A DNA stretch of 63,009 nt, filler included, from Chiloscyllium plagiosum (taxonomy: Eukaryota), in the NCBI RefSeq assembly GCF_004010195.1. It is 5 parts of one record of this genome, joined end to end, with 100 filler letters (N's around TTAATTAATTAA, not from the genome) between each part and the next. Parts side by side here need not be neighbours in the genome. Positions count along the whole stretch, not along the records: positions 1 to 13,475 come from NC_057712.1; positions 13,576 to 41,554 come from NC_057712.1; 3 more parts are not named here. The stretch is one strand, 5' to 3'. Below are positions 12,411-25,454 of the stretch, in pieces (within the stretch, counting starts at the first letter, position 1; each line of letters begins with the position of its first letter). The notes under the pieces were generated by a model. That model was not told the origin of the DNA. It saw nothing but the letters and a program-made list of their open reading frames with translations, and did no database searches. The position numbers and the translations under genes are program-made.

Positions 12411-13475
12411 GATCATTCTACAGGAAGGATGTAGAGGATCATACTACAGGAAAGATGTAGAGGATCATACTACAGGAAGGATGTAGAGGATCATACTACA
12501 GGATGTAGAGGATCATACTACAGGAAGGATGTAGAGGGTCATACTACAGGAAGGACGTAGAGGGTCATACTACAGGAAGGATGTAGAGGATCATACTACA
12601 GGAACGATGTAGAGGATCATTATGCAGGAAGGATGTAGAGGATCATACTACAGGAAGGATGTAGAGGGTCATACTACAGGAAGGATGTAGAGGATCATAC
12701 TACAGGAAAGATGTAGAGGATAATACTACGGAAAGGATGTAGAGGGTCATACTACAGGAAGGATGTAGAGGGTCATACTACAGGAAAGATGTAGAGGATC
12801 ATACTACAGGAAGGATGTAGAGGGTCATACTACAGGAAGGATGTAGAGTATCATTCTACAGGAAAGATGAAGAGGATCATTCTACAGGAAGAATGTAGAG
12901 GGTCATTCTACAGGAAGGATGTAGAGTACCATTCTACAGGAAGGATGTAGAGGATCATTCTACAGGAAGGATGTAGAGGATCATTCTACAGGAAGAATGT
13001 AGAGGATTATACTACAGGAAGGATGTAGAGGATCATTCTACAGGAAGGATGTAGAGGGTCATACTACAGGAAGGATGTAGAGGATCATTCTACAGGAAGG
13101 ATGTAGAGGATCATTCTACAGGAAGGATGTAGAGGATCATACTACAGGAAGGATGTAGAGGATAATACTACGGAAAGGATGTAGAGGGTCATACTACAGG
13201 AAGGATGTAGAGGAGCATTCTACAGGAAAGATGTAGAGGATCATTCTACAGGAAGGATGTAGAGGGTCATACTACAGGAAGAATGTAGAGGATTATACTA
13301 AAGGAAGGATGTAGAGGGTCATACTACAGGAAGGATGTAGAGGATCATTCTACAGGAAGGATGAAGAGGATCATTCTACAGGAAGGATGTAGAGGGTCAT
13401 AATACAGGAAGGATGTAGAGGATCATTCTACAGGAAGGATGTAGAGGGTCATTCTACAGGAAGGATGTAGAGGAT

Positions 13476-13575
13476 NNNNNNNNNNNNNNNNNNNNNNNNN
13501 NNNNNNNNNNNNNNNNNNNTTAATTAATTAANNNNNNNNNNNNNNNNNNNNNNNNNNNNNNNNNNNNNNNNNNNN
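13476..13575. other. Artificial 100-bp scaffold spacer N44-TTAATTAATTAA-N44 (also at 41555-41654, 50532-50631 and 56838-56937; a 500-N gap lies at 52068-52567)
   Basis: The same structure occurs four times, and the 12-mer puts stops in all six frames. Confidence 0.95.
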
Positions 13576-14336
13576 TGGTGTGTGGTGTTCCACAGGGCTC
13601 TGTCCTTGGGCCTCTGCTGTTTGTAATTTTTATTAATGACTTGGATGAGGAGATTGTAGGATGGGTCAGCAAGTTTGCAGACGACACAAAGGTTGGAGGT
13701 GTCGTTGACAGTATAGAGGGCTGTTGTAGGCTGCAGCGGGACATTGACAGGCTGCAGAGATGGGCTGAGAGGTGGCAGATGGAGTTCAACCTAGATAAAT
13801 GCGAGGTGATACATTTTGGAAGGTCAAATTTGAAAGCTGAGTACAGGATTAAGGATAGGATTCTTGGCAGTGTGGAGGAACAGAGGGATCTTGGTGTGCA
13901 GGTACATAGATCCCTTAAAATGGCCACCCAAGTGGATAGGGTTGTGAAGAAACCATATGGTCTTTTCACTTTCATTAACAGGGGGATTGAGTTTAAGAGT
14001 TGTAAGATCTTGTTGCAGCTCTATAAAACTTTGGTTAGACCGCACTTGGAATACTGTGTCCAGTTCTGACTAACACGAGGGGTCATAGTTTTAAGCTGGC
14101 TGGAGGAAAGTATAGAGGGGCTGTCAGAGGCGGGTTCTTTACACAGAGAGTTGTGAGAGCATGGAATGCGTTGCCAGCAGCAGTTGTGGAAGCAAGGTCA
14201 TTTGGGATATTTAAGGGAGCACTGGACATGAATATGGTCACAGAAATTTGAGGGTGCATACATGAGGATCAATGGTTGGCACAACATCGAGGGCGAAAGG
14301 GCCTGTTCTGTGCTATACTGTTCTATGTTCTATATT
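13576..14336 (+). mobile_element. CR1 LINE RT and 3' end within the minisatellite
   Basis: ORF GVPQGSVLGPLLFVIFINDL...KFADDTK...LEYCVQF, an internal deletion and a ttctatg tail. Confidence 0.92.
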
Positions 14337-15833
14337 CTAGGAAGGATGTAGAGGATCATTCTACAGGAAGGATTTAGAGGATCATACTACAGGAAGGATG
14401 TAGAGGGTCATATTACAGGAAGGATGTAGAGGATCATTCTACAGGAAGAATGTAGAGGATCATACTACAGGAAGGATGTAGAGGATCATTCTACAGGAAG
14501 GATGTAGAGGATCATTCTACAGGAAGGATGTAGAGGGTCATACTACAGGAAGGATGTGGAGGGTCATTCTACAGGAAGGATGTAGAGGGTCATTCTACAG
14601 GAAGGATGTAGAGGATCATACTACAGGAAGGATGTAGAGGATCATTCTACAGGAAGGATGTAGAGGATCATTCTACAGGAAAGATGTAGAGGATCATACT
14701 ACAGGAAGGATGTAGAGGGTCATACTACAGGAAGGATGTAGAGGATCATACTACAGGAAGGATGTAGAGAGTCATACAACAGGAAGGATGTAGAGGGTCA
14801 TACTACAGGAAGGATGTAGAGGGTCATACTACAGGAAGGATGTAGAGGATCATTCTACAGGAAGGATGTAGAGTATCATTCTACAGGAAAGATGTAGAGG
14901 ATCATTCTACAGGAAGGATGTAGAGGATCATTCTCCAGGAAGGATGTAGAGTATCATTCTACAGGAAAGATGTAGAGGATCATTCTACAGGAAGGATGTA
15001 GAGGATCATTCTACAGGAAGAATGTAGAGGATTATACTACAGGAAGGATGAAGAGGATCATTCTACAGGAAGGATGAAGAGGATCATACTACAGGAAGGA
15101 TGTAGAGGGTCATACTACAGGAAGGATATAGAGGGTCATTCTACAGGAAGGATGTAGAGGATCATACTACAGGAAGGATGTAGAGGATCATACTACAGGA
15201 AGGATGTAGAGGGTCATACTACAGGAAGGATGAAGAGGATCATACTACAGGAAGGATGTAGAGGGTCATTCTACAGGAAGGATGTAGAGGATCATACTAC
15301 AGGAAGGATGTAGAGAGTCATACAACAGGAAGGATGTAGAGGGTCATACTACAGGAAGGATGAAGAGGATCATACTACAGGAAGGATGTAGAGAGTCATA
15401 CAACAGGAAGGATGTAGAGGGTCATACTACAGGAAGGATGAAGAGGATCATACTACAGGAAGGATGTAGAGAGTCATACAACAGGAAGGATGTAGAGGGT
15501 CATACTACAGGAAGGATGAAGAGGATCATACTACAGGAAGGATGTAGAGAGTCATACAACAGGAAGGATGTAGAGGGTCATACTACAGGAAGGATGAAGA
15601 GGATCATACTACAGGAAGGATGTAGAGGATCATACTACAGGAAGGATGTAGAGGATCATACTACAGGAAGGATGTAGAGGATCATACTACAGGAAGGATG
15701 TAGAGGATCATACTACAGGAAGGATGTAGAGGATCATACTACAGGAAGGATGTAGAGGATCATACTACAGGAAGGATGTAGAGGATTATACTCCAGGAAG
15801 GATGTAGAGGGTCATAGTACAGGAAGGATGTAG

Positions 15834-16061
15834 ATTCTCCCCGTGTCTGCGTGGGTTTCCACCGGGTGCTCCGGTTTCCTCCCACAGTCCAAAGATGTGC
15901 AGGTTAGGTGAATTGGCCATACTAAATTGCCTGTAGTGTTAGGTAAGGGGTAAATGTAAATGTAGGGGTAGGGGTATGGGTGGGTTGCGCTTCGGTGGGT
16001 CGGTGTGGACTTGTTGGGCCGAAGGGCCTGTTTCCACACTGTAATGTAATCTAATCTAATC
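15834..16061 (+). mobile_element. 5'-truncated HE1-type SINE inserted in the minisatellite
   Basis: attctccccgtgtctgcgtgggtttcc...gggccgaagggcctgtttccacactgtaatg followed by (taatc)n. Confidence 0.9.
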
Positions 16062-16556
16062 TTAACTACAGGAAGGATGTAGAGTATCATTCTACAGGAA
16101 GGATGTAGAGGATCATACTACAGGAAGGATGTAGAGGGTCATACTACAGGAAGGATGTAGAGGATCATTCTACAGGAAGGATGTAGAGGATCATATTACA
16201 GGAAGGATGTAGAGGGTCATACTGCAGGAAGGATGTAGAGGATCATTCTACAGGAAGGACGTAGAGGATCATTCTCCAGGAAGGATGTAGAGGGTCTTAC
16301 TACAGGAAGGATGTAGAGGATCATACTACAGGAAGGATGTAGAGGATCATTCTACAGGAAGGATGTAGAGGATCATTCTACAGGAATGATGTAGAGGATC
16401 ATATTACAGGAAGGATGTAGAGGATCATACTACAGGAAGGATGTAGAGGATCATACTTCAGGAAGGATGTAGAGGATCATTCTACAGGAAGGATGTAGAG
16501 GATCATACTACAGGAAGGATGTAGAGGATCATTCTACAGGAAGAATGTAGAGGCTT

Positions 16557-16617
16557 AGCGAAAGGGGACGAAACGTTTGCAACAAAAACTTCCAGCTCGG
16601 CGAACAGAACCACAACA
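16557..16617 (+). mobile_element. Short Penelope terminal fragment (same family as 45650-46520)
   Basis: ggggacgaaacgtttgc...ccagctcggcgaacagaaccacaac is the reverse complement of about 45650-45700. Confidence 0.75.
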
Positions 16618-16784
16618 AAATTTAGAAATGACTAGTCAGGCCATAGCTCAAGTATTGTGAATAGTTTTGGGTCCCTTAGCTAAGAAAAGACATACTGGCA
16701 TTGGATGCAGTCCAGCGAAGGTTCACTCAGCTGATACTGATGGAGGGATTGTCTTCTGAAGACAGGTTGAGTAGATTAGGCCTG

Positions 16785-18610
16785 TGTTCATTCAAATTAA
16801 GGACAAAAGGGTAACTAGGGAGAGAATAGAGCCCCTCAAAGATCAGCAAGGTGGCCTTTGTGTGGAGCCACAGAAAATGGGGGAGATACTAAACGAGTAT
16901 TTTGCATCAGTATTTACTGTGGAAAAGAATATGGAAGATATAGAAAGTAGCGAAATAGATGGTGATATCTTGCAAACTGTCCATATTACAGAGGAGGAAG
17001 TGCTGGATGTCTTGAAACGCATAAAGGTGAATTAATCCCCAGGACATAATCAGGTGTAACCTAGAACTCTGTGGGAAGCTAGAGAAGTGATTCTGGGCCT
17101 CTTGCTGAGATATTTGTATCATTGATAGTCACAGGTGAGGTGCCGGAAGACTGGAGGTTGGCTAACGTGGTGCCATTGTTTAAGAAGGGTGGTAAGAACA
17201 AGCCAGGGAACTACAGACCAGTGAGCCTAACATCGGCGGTGGGCAAGTTGTTGGAGGGAATCTTGAGGGACAGGATGTACATGTATTTGGAAAGGCAAGG
17301 ACTGATTAGGGATAGTCAACATGGCTTAGTGCGTGGGAAATCATGTCTGACCAACTTGATTGAGTTTTTTGAAGAAGTAACAAAGAGGATTGATGAGGGC
17401 GGGGCAGTAGAAGTGATCTATATGGACTTCAGTAAGGCATTCAACAAGGTTCCCCATGGGAGACTGTTTAGCAAGGTTAGATCTCACGGAATACATACAG
17501 GGAGAACTAGCCATTTGGATACAGAACTGGCTCAAATGTCGAAGATAGAGGGTGGTGGTGGAGGGTTGTTTTTCAGACTGGAGGCCTGTGACCAGTGGAG
17601 TGCCACATGGATCGATACTGCGTCCTCTACTTTTCATCATTTACATTAATGATTTGGATGCGAGCATAAGAGGTAGAGTTAGTAAGTTTGCAGATGACAC
17701 CAAAATTGGAAGTGTAGTGGACAGCGAAGAGGATTACTTCAGATTACAACAGGATCTTGACCAGATGGGCCAATGGGCTGAGAAGTGGCAGATGGAGTTT
17801 AATTCAGATAAATGCGAGGTGCTGTATTTTGGGAAAGCAAATCTTAGCAGGACTTATACACTTAATGGTAAGGTCCTAGGGAGAGTTGCTGAACAAAGAG
17901 ACCTTGGAATGCAGGTTCATAGCTCCTTGAAAGTGGAGTCGCAGGTGGATAGGATAGTGAAGAAGGCGTTTGGTATGCTTTCCTTTATTGGTCAGACTAT
18001 TGAGTACAGGAGTTGGGAGATCATGTTGTGGCTGTACAGGATATTGGTTAGGCCACTGTTGGAATATTGCGTGCAATTCTGATCTCCTTCCTATTGGAAA
18101 GATGTTGTGAAACTTGAAAGGGTTCAGAAAAGATTTACAAGGATGTTGCCAGGGTTGGAGAATTTGAGCTATAGGGAGAGGCTGAACAGGCTGGGGCTGT
18201 TTTCCCTGGAGCGTCCGAGGCTGAGGGGTGACCTTATAGAGGTTTACAAAATTATGAGGAGCATGGATAGGATAAATAGACAAAGTCTTTTCACTGGGAT
18301 CGGAGAGTCCAGAACTAGAGGGTATAGGTTTAGGTTGAAAGGGGAAAGATATAGAAGAACCTAAGGGGTAACATTTTCACACAGAGGGTGGTGCATGTAT
18401 GGAATGAGCTGCCAGAGGAAGTAGTGGAGGCTGGTACAATTACAACATTTAAGAGGCATTTGGATGGGCATATGAATAGGAAGGGTTTGGAGGGATATGG
18501 GCAGGGTGCTGACAGGTGGGATTACATTGGGTTGGGATATCTGGTTGGCATGGACAGGTTGGACCGAAGGGTCTGTTTCCATGCTGTACATCTCTATGAC
18601 TCTATGACTC
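16785..18610 (+). mobile_element. CR1/HER1 LINE, 1.8-kb 3' part with RT, nested in an older CR1 (16620-16784 and 18611-19016)
   Basis: ORFs VPEDWRLANVVPLFKKG..NYRPVSLTS, SCLTNLIEFFE, FADDTK and LEYCVQF. (ctctatga)n tail. The flanks join into a continuous older CR1. Confidence 0.93.
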
Positions 18611-19603
18611 TTAGTAAAGAAGCATGAGAAGCAAGCTCATTGAAACATGAAAGATTCTTTGGGGATTTGAAAGGATAGATTTTGGGAGGCTGCTTCCCTT
18701 GTGGGAGAGTCTAGGATCAAAATCATAATTTCAGAATAAGGGGTCACACCATGAAATGCAGAGATGAGGAAAAATTTCTTCTCTCAACGGGTAATGAAGC
18801 CATGGAATTGTTTTGTGTAGAGAGCTATCAAGGCTGGGCTGATAAGTATATTCAAGGCTGAGATAGACTGATTTCTAGTTATTATGGGATTGAAGAGTTA
18901 TGGAATAAGACAGGAAACAATAGTTGAACATTATCTGATTCGTCATGATCTCAGTGAACCAGTAGAACAGATCTGATGGGCCAAATGGTCTATTTCTGCT
19001 CCTAGATCTTATGATCCTCATTGTTGGCCTGTGTTCCATTTTTTTGTATGCATTTGAAATGGTTTCACACATTAATCTTTGAAACCTGAGGTAATGTTAC
19101 AGTTTTATCTATTGTTCTGTCTCTGGTAGAGTTATGCAGTGTGACAGTTTATAACAGGGGACTGATCCACATACTGCGCATCTTAAGTACAACAGTATGA
19201 CATTTCCCTCACCCATTGTGTTTTGCCTGTTTTAAAAGCAGGACAGGTCGCTGATCATTATGTTAATGTATGCGGTGAGATGCTGAGCAGGAATTGTGTG
19301 AGATAAGTAGCTTTTAGTGCTTGTCTAAAAGTGACACCTGCCTTGGTTTCTAATTCATCTGCCATCTCCATTGTCTGGGTAATTGGTGGGTTCTATTTTA
19401 AGAGGAAGTACAATGTCAACACGATAACAAACAGCTGAGCCCGAGGAGAAGCAACTCCTCAATTCCCAGGCCGAAACAGCATTCCATCTGTGCAGCCACT
19501 TCCGACTTTGGGAATTGTAAATAAAATTCAGTCATCAAAGTGCAAGACATTAGTGACAGCACAAAAGATCAGTGAGAGGGGCAGTGGATCATCGTGCCAC
19601 TGT

Positions 19604-19911
19604 GGGTGGCATGGTGGCACAGTGGTTAGCACTGCTGCCTCACAGCGCCGGAAACCCGGGTTCAATTCCCGCCTCAGGCGACTGACTGGAGTTTGCACGT
19701 TCTCCCTGTGTCTGCGTGGGTTTCCTCCGGGTGCTCCGGTTTCCTCCCACAGTCCAAAGATGTGCAGGTAAGGTGAATTGGCCATGCTAAATTGCCCGTA
19801 GTGTTAGGTTAAAGGGGTAAATGTAGGGGTATGGGTGGGTTGCGCTTCGGCGGGTCGGTGTGGACTTGTTGGGCCGAAGGGCCTGTTTCCACACTGTAAT
19901 GTAATCTAATC
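19604..19911 (+). mobile_element. HE1-type SINE
   Basis: Full tRNA head, core and (taatc)n tail. Confidence 0.9.
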
Positions 19912-20309
19912 AGATCAGTGGATCATTGGGAGAGGCAGTGGATTCACCATTTCTCTGTTTCCTAGACTTGATCATCCTAATGTACTTCTGTCCGTGTTCT
20001 AACTTGCACCAAGTTCCATCATCCACTCCGTATTCTCACTGAACGCCACTTACATCCGGTTAGGAACGTCTTGACTTTAAAATTCTCATCCTTGTCTTCA
20101 AATCTTTCTTAACCTTGCCGACCACAGTCATCTCCTCCAGTCTTACAATCCTCTGTATGCAGGCCTTGCCTAATGCAGGCATCTTCAGTTAGCCTGGTTT
20201 TAATGCCTTAACAGCCAGGGCCCTTGGATCAGACCCCTTGCATCTCCAAGGGACGACAGGAATTAAGTTTCAGAATTTCAGAGAGATGAGACGAGATTTG
20301 AGGAGAGAA

Positions 20310-21010
20310 ATGCCAGATGGAGTTCAATCTGGACAAATGCGAGGTGATGCATTTTGGAAGATCCAATTCCAGAGAGAACTATACAGTAAATGGAAAAGTC
20401 TTGGGGAAAATTGATGTACAGAGAGATCTTGGTGTGCAGGTCCATTGTTCCCTGAAGGTGACAATGCAGGTCAGTAGAGTGGTCAAGAAGGCATATGGCA
20501 TGCTTTCCTTTATCGGTTGCAGTATTGAATACAAGAGTTGGCAGGACATGACTTTGGTTTGGCCACATTTAGAATACTGTCTACAGTTCTGATCACCACA
20601 TTGCCAAAAGGATGTGAATGCTTTGGAGAGGGTGCAGAGGAGGTTCACCAAGATGTTGCCTGGTATGGAGAGTGTTAGTTATGAGGAGAGGTTGAGTAAT
20701 TAGGATTACTTTCATTGGAAAGAAGGAGGTTGAGGGGAGACCTGATTGAGGCCTACAAAATCATGAGTGGTGGAGTCAGGGTGGATAGCAAGAAGCTTTT
20801 TCCCAGAGTGGGGACTCAATTACTCGGGGTCACGAGTTCAAATTGAGGGGTGAAAGGTTTCAGGGATATATGCGTGGAAAGTTCTTTACGCAGAATGTGG
20901 TGGGTGTATGGAATGCGTTGCCAGCGGAAGTGATAGGGGTGGGAACAATAGCATTATTTAAGATGTATCCAGACAGATACATGAATGGATAGGAGCATAG
21001 GGATACAAAT
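20310..21010 (+). mobile_element. CR1 LINE 3' fragment
   Basis: ORF MEFNLDKCEVMHFGRSN...PHLEYCLQF. Confidence 0.88.
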
Positions 21011-21155
21011 CTGGTGAACATGACAACTGTTGATAGTTGTAAAAATCCATCTGGTTCACTAATGTCCTTGTCTGGCCTACAGATAACTCTCAAGCCCCAG
21101 CAATGTGATCGACTCTGAACCATACATTGTCTAAAAAAAAAGCAAAAGGCTGTGG

Positions 21156-21560
21156 AACAAAAACAGAAATTGCTGGAAATGCTCAGCGGGTCTGATAGCA
21201 TTCGTGGAGAGAAAGCAGAGTTAACGTAGTGGTGCAGGCTCAAAGGGCAGAATGGCCTACTCCTGCACCTATTGTCTATTGTTTCAGATCCAGTGACCCT
21301 TCTACAGGCCCATTGTCAGTTCTTCAAAGAACTATAGATACTAGCTTTCTGAAACAAACAAAAATTGGAAATTACTGGAGAAACTCAGCAAGTCTGGAAG
21401 CATTCGTGAAGAGTAAATTGTGTTGATGTTTTGAGTCCAGTGGACCACCTTCAGAATGGAAGGGTTCCGAGGAAGAGTGACTGGACTCGAAACATTAAAG
21501 CTATTTTCTCTCCACAGCTCCTGCCAGATCTGCTGAGTTTTTCCAACAATTTCTGTTTAT
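21156..21560. mobile_element. Cluster of PLE-type terminal fragments, including a diverged inverted pair (about 21352-21560)
   Basis: aacaaaaacagaaattgctgga..ctcagc..gtctg..agcat..gtggagaga repeats at 21156 and 21352, inverted at about 21465-21560. Degenerate hammerhead-like ccgaggaagagtgactggactcgaaacatt. The same family occurs at about 11403, 23065 and 59317. Confidence 0.65.
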
Positions 21561-22469
21561 GATAGGTAAGAAATGTTGGCCTTGCCAATGATGCTCACAT
21601 TCCTGAATAGAGATATTGCTTAAAATCTCTCTCTTCTGATCACTGGACCCCGTGTATCACAGGATGCAGCGTCTACCTTTACTTGGTAGTGCTCCTGTGA
21701 AGCATTCTTGGGGCATTTTACGAACTAAAGGCACTGTGTAAATGTAAATTGTTACAGTGATTGTAACCATTCATTCCTAAAGCCGTAATCATTTTAAGAA
21801 GCTTTGTGAAATTTTTCAACCTTTTCTGAGATTTCAAATAAATCAAACTTGAGCACAGGAACTGAATTACATCATCAATAAGCTGCCAGTTGGGTTGTGC
21901 ATCCCAAATACTTTGTGATTGCTCAATTAAAAAATCAGTTAGTTGTTGATTGTGGAAGCAAGAAATGGATTAGTTGTAAAGTTCAGAATAAATGGTTTCT
22001 ATGATTGCTTGTGAAAGTGATGGGGAAAGTAATGATGCCAGGCAGTACTGCCGAGATGAGTTTATATGGTTACGCTGATTAAATGTAATGAATCTTGTAC
22101 AGCTTTGCTTACAAATGTATCTATTCAGTTGCTGCTGTGTGAGTGCTGGGAATTATACTGTGTGATGTGGTCTCATCAAATTTTTTGAACACAACTTTCA
22201 AATGAATTCACAAGTTAAAAGCAGGAAAAAGAAAATTTATCTTTCAGATTTTACTAAAATCTGGAGCCAGGAAATATGATTGAATCAGTGACCTGAAATA
22301 GGTTTTCACCAATGAAATCTCAGTACTTTTTACTGTGATTATTGTGTATTATCACCAACAATTGTTAAAGAGAGGAAGATATTTTCTACAGTGTTTGATC
22401 TTTTAGGAAAAGTAATGAACTGAGAATGGGGTACAGAGTCCGAGAGTTTGTACAAGACAGAAAAAGGCT

Positions 22470-22828
22470 GAATGTGTCTGTACCGGTCATCAAACATCGA
22501 ATCCCATTTTCCAGCACTTAACTCATAGCTTTGTATGCTCTCATATTTCAAGTGTTCATCTAAATAATTCTTAAACATTCTGATGGTCTCTACGTCTATC
22601 ATTCTTACAGGCAGTGAGTTCCAGATACCCACCACCCTCTGGGTGAAAAATCTTTTCCTCAAATCCCCTCTAAAGCTCCAGCTCCTTATTTTTAAACAGT
22701 GCCCCCTGCTCATTAACCCCTCTACTTCAAGGAAAGGTTTATGGTTGTTATCTACCAAACCCATGTACACCTCAATCAGGTTTCTCCTCAGTCTTTTCTG
22801 TTCTAATAAACACAACTCCAGCCTGCCT

Positions 22829-22860
<32 letters not shown>

Positions 22861-24290
22861 CAGCTGAAATTTCAACAAGGAGTTAGATTCAGCTCTTAGG
22901 GCTAAAAGGATGAAAGGATTATGAGGAGAAAGCAGGAACTGAGTTGGATGGTCAGCCACAATCATATTGAATGGTGGCGTAGGCTGTAAGGATAGCATGG
23001 CCGATCCCAGCTCCTATTTTCTCTGCTTGTAAGAATCTCTCCAGCTCAGACAACATCCGAGTGAAACAAAAACAGAAATTTCTGGTGAAACTCAGCACGT
23101 CTGGCAGCACCATGGGAATAAAGTCGAATTAACGTTTCATATCCAGTGAATTTTTGTCAATTGATTTACTACACCACCAATTTTCATGTTATCTGCAAAG
23201 TAGTGATCATACCCCCTACGTTCATGTCCAGATCACTGGTGTACACAACAAACAGCAAGGAAGCCAGCACCGAACCCTGTGGCACACCACTGGACACTGG
23301 CTTCCAATCCCAAAAACACCCTTTCACTGTCACTCCTTACTTCCTGACATTATCCTAATATTGGATCCAATTTTCTAAGTTGTCCTGGATCTCATGGGCT
23401 GTTAGTTTCTTAAGAAGTCTGTCATGCAAGACTACATCTGTCTTCATCTACTCATCTAATCACCTCCTAGAAACATTCAATCAAATTTGTGAGATATAAT
23501 CGCCCCCAGACAAAGTCACATTCACTATCTTTGATTAATCCCTGCCTCTCCCCATGGAGATTAATTCGGTCCCTCAGAATTTGTTGTAATAATTTCCGTG
23601 CCACAGATGTTAGACTGTCTGGTCTGTTGTTCCCTATTAATGTTTGTCTCATCCTTGAATAACAATACCACATGAGCTGTCCTCCAGTCTTCTGGCACTC
23701 TCCCTGTGACAGGAGAGGATTTGAAAATTAATGTCAGAGCCTGCAATTCCCCCTTTGGCTCCCACAACACCCCAGGATTGATGTCATCTGGGCCTGAGGA
23801 TTTATCCAGTTTCAAGCCACATGAATACCTCCTCCTTCTTATTGCTAATTGTTCAAGTATATCACAGACCCCACTCCGTGATTCCTAAACTTCTCTATAA
23901 TGAATACAGATGCAGAGTACTCATTAGTTATGTCTTCTATTTCCACACACAGATTGCCACTTTGTTTCCTGATGGGCCTTACTCTTTCGATGGTTATCCT
24001 CTTGCCCCGAATATATTTATAAAATGTCTTTGGATTTTCCTTAATACTACCCACCAGTGTTTTATTTTTGTCATGTCCCCTCTTCACTCTCTTTATTTTA
24101 TTTTGCATCTGCACTTTCTACAGCTGTTTTGAGCCCTGCCATAAGCTTTTTTCTTCCCTGATCAAATTCTGAACATCCCTTGGCATCCAGGGTTCTCTGG
24201 ACCTGCTAGTCCCACCCTTCACCTTTCCAGCAACACACTGGCCATGTATTCTCACTATTACCCTTTCAATGACTCCCATGTTGTTTCTTT
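22470..24290 (-). mobile_element. Old CR1 LINE fragments with a (CT)n microsatellite at 22831-22858
   Basis: Minus ORFs RGDLRKRFFTQRVVGIWNSLP, VPEDWRTAHVVLLFK and IKENPKTFYKYIRGKR. Confidence 0.8.
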
Positions 24291-24299
24291 CATGGGATG

Positions 24300-25143
24300 T
24301 GGGTATAGCCGGGAAATCAGCAGGGCTGGCAGCACCCATGAGAGACAAACAGAGCTTTGATTCTTCTTCAGAACTGAAAGGTCTGGGAAGTTTCTGTTTA
24401 TATACTTTTAACAGAGGCAGAGGCCCAGTGCAAAAGGCAAAGGGATTGTTAAAGGTGGAAGAAAAGAGATGGACAATGCATGTAAATTAAGGTGTGAAAG
24501 GGAGGGAGCAACTACATAAAGAAGACAGGCCTTTAAGGTAGGGGAGAAAATACAAGAAAAATGGAAAACCAACACTGTGTAGCCAGTTTCTGAAATGATT
24601 GAATTCAGTATTGGGACCTCAAGACTGTAACATGCCCTGGGTGTATGAGGTGTGTTCCTAGAGCTTGTGAAGTGTTTTGTTGGGATGTTGCAGCAGGAAA
24701 ATGTTAGTGTGGGAGCAAGGGGGGTATTATAGAAATGGCAAGTAACTGGGAGACCAGGGTCAGTCCGACAGACGGAGCATTGGTGTTTCACACACTGGTC
24801 AGTCAGTCTGTGTTTGGTCTTGACAGTGTGCAGGAGATGGCAGTGGGAGCAGCGAATACAGGCAATTAATTGAAAGAGATACACGTGAAATGCAGCTTCA
24901 CCTGGAAGGTGGATTTTGGCATTTGACAATGTGGAAGGAGGAGGTGAATGGACGAGTGTGACAGCTTCTGTGATTGCATGGGAAGGTGCCTCAGGGAGTG
25001 AGGAGAGGTTAAGAGTGGTGGAGGAATGGATCAGGGAGTGAGGAGAGGTTAAGAGTGGTGGAGGAATGGAAAAGGGTGTCATGGAAGGAACAATGCCTGG
25101 AGAATGCTGACATGGAGGGGGCAGGAAAATACTTTTGGTGGTA
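24300..25143 (-). mobile_element. Decayed Penelope-like element (GIY-YIG region and 3' end)
   Basis: Minus ORF CIRCSHCHLLHTVKTKHRLTDQCVKHQCSVCRTDPGLPVTCHF, a decayed version of YCIRC..CGLLYIGETKR.L..RF.EH...PVA.HF. Confidence 0.75.
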
Positions 25144-25412
25144 ATTCCCACCTCAGGCGACTCTCTGTGTAGAGTTTTTTCATTCTCCTCGTGTCTGCGT
25201 GGGTTTCCTCTGGGTGCTCCGGTTTCCTCCCACAATCCAAAACTGTGCAGGTTAGGTGAATTGGCCATGCTAAATTGTCCATAGTGTTAGGTGAAGGGGT
25301 AAATGTATGGAATGGGTCTCGGTGGGTTGCACTTCAGCGGGTCGGTGTGGACTTGTTGGGCCGAAGGGCCTGTTTCGACGCTGTAAGTAATCTAATCTAA
25401 TCTAATCTAATC
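25144..25412 (+). mobile_element. 5'-truncated HE1-type SINE
   Basis: aattcccacctcaggcgact...gggccgaagggcctgtttc followed by (taatc)n. Confidence 0.88.
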
Positions 25413-25454
25413 TACTCTTCTGGAATTGGCATGGCTTTTTGAATACAGAGACTA

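Larger units (their letters stand above)
12386..16556 (+). repeat. 26-bp minisatellite (gatcatactacaggaaggatgtagag)n, interrupted by a gap, a CR1 fragment and a SINE
   Basis: More than 100 near-identical head-to-tail units with no spacers. Interrupted at 13476-14336 and 15834-16061. Confidence 0.97.

Noticed and set aside
13520..13531. Recurring TTAATTAATTAA palindrome as a biological motif
   Set aside because: It is always centred in exactly 44+44 Ns, so it is an artificial scaffolding linker.
12386..16556. CRISPR-like array (26-41-bp repeats with internal palindromes, here and at 26958, 33735 and 56938)
   Set aside because: Units are head-to-tail with no unique spacers, there are no cas genes, and the context is vertebrate intronic DNA.
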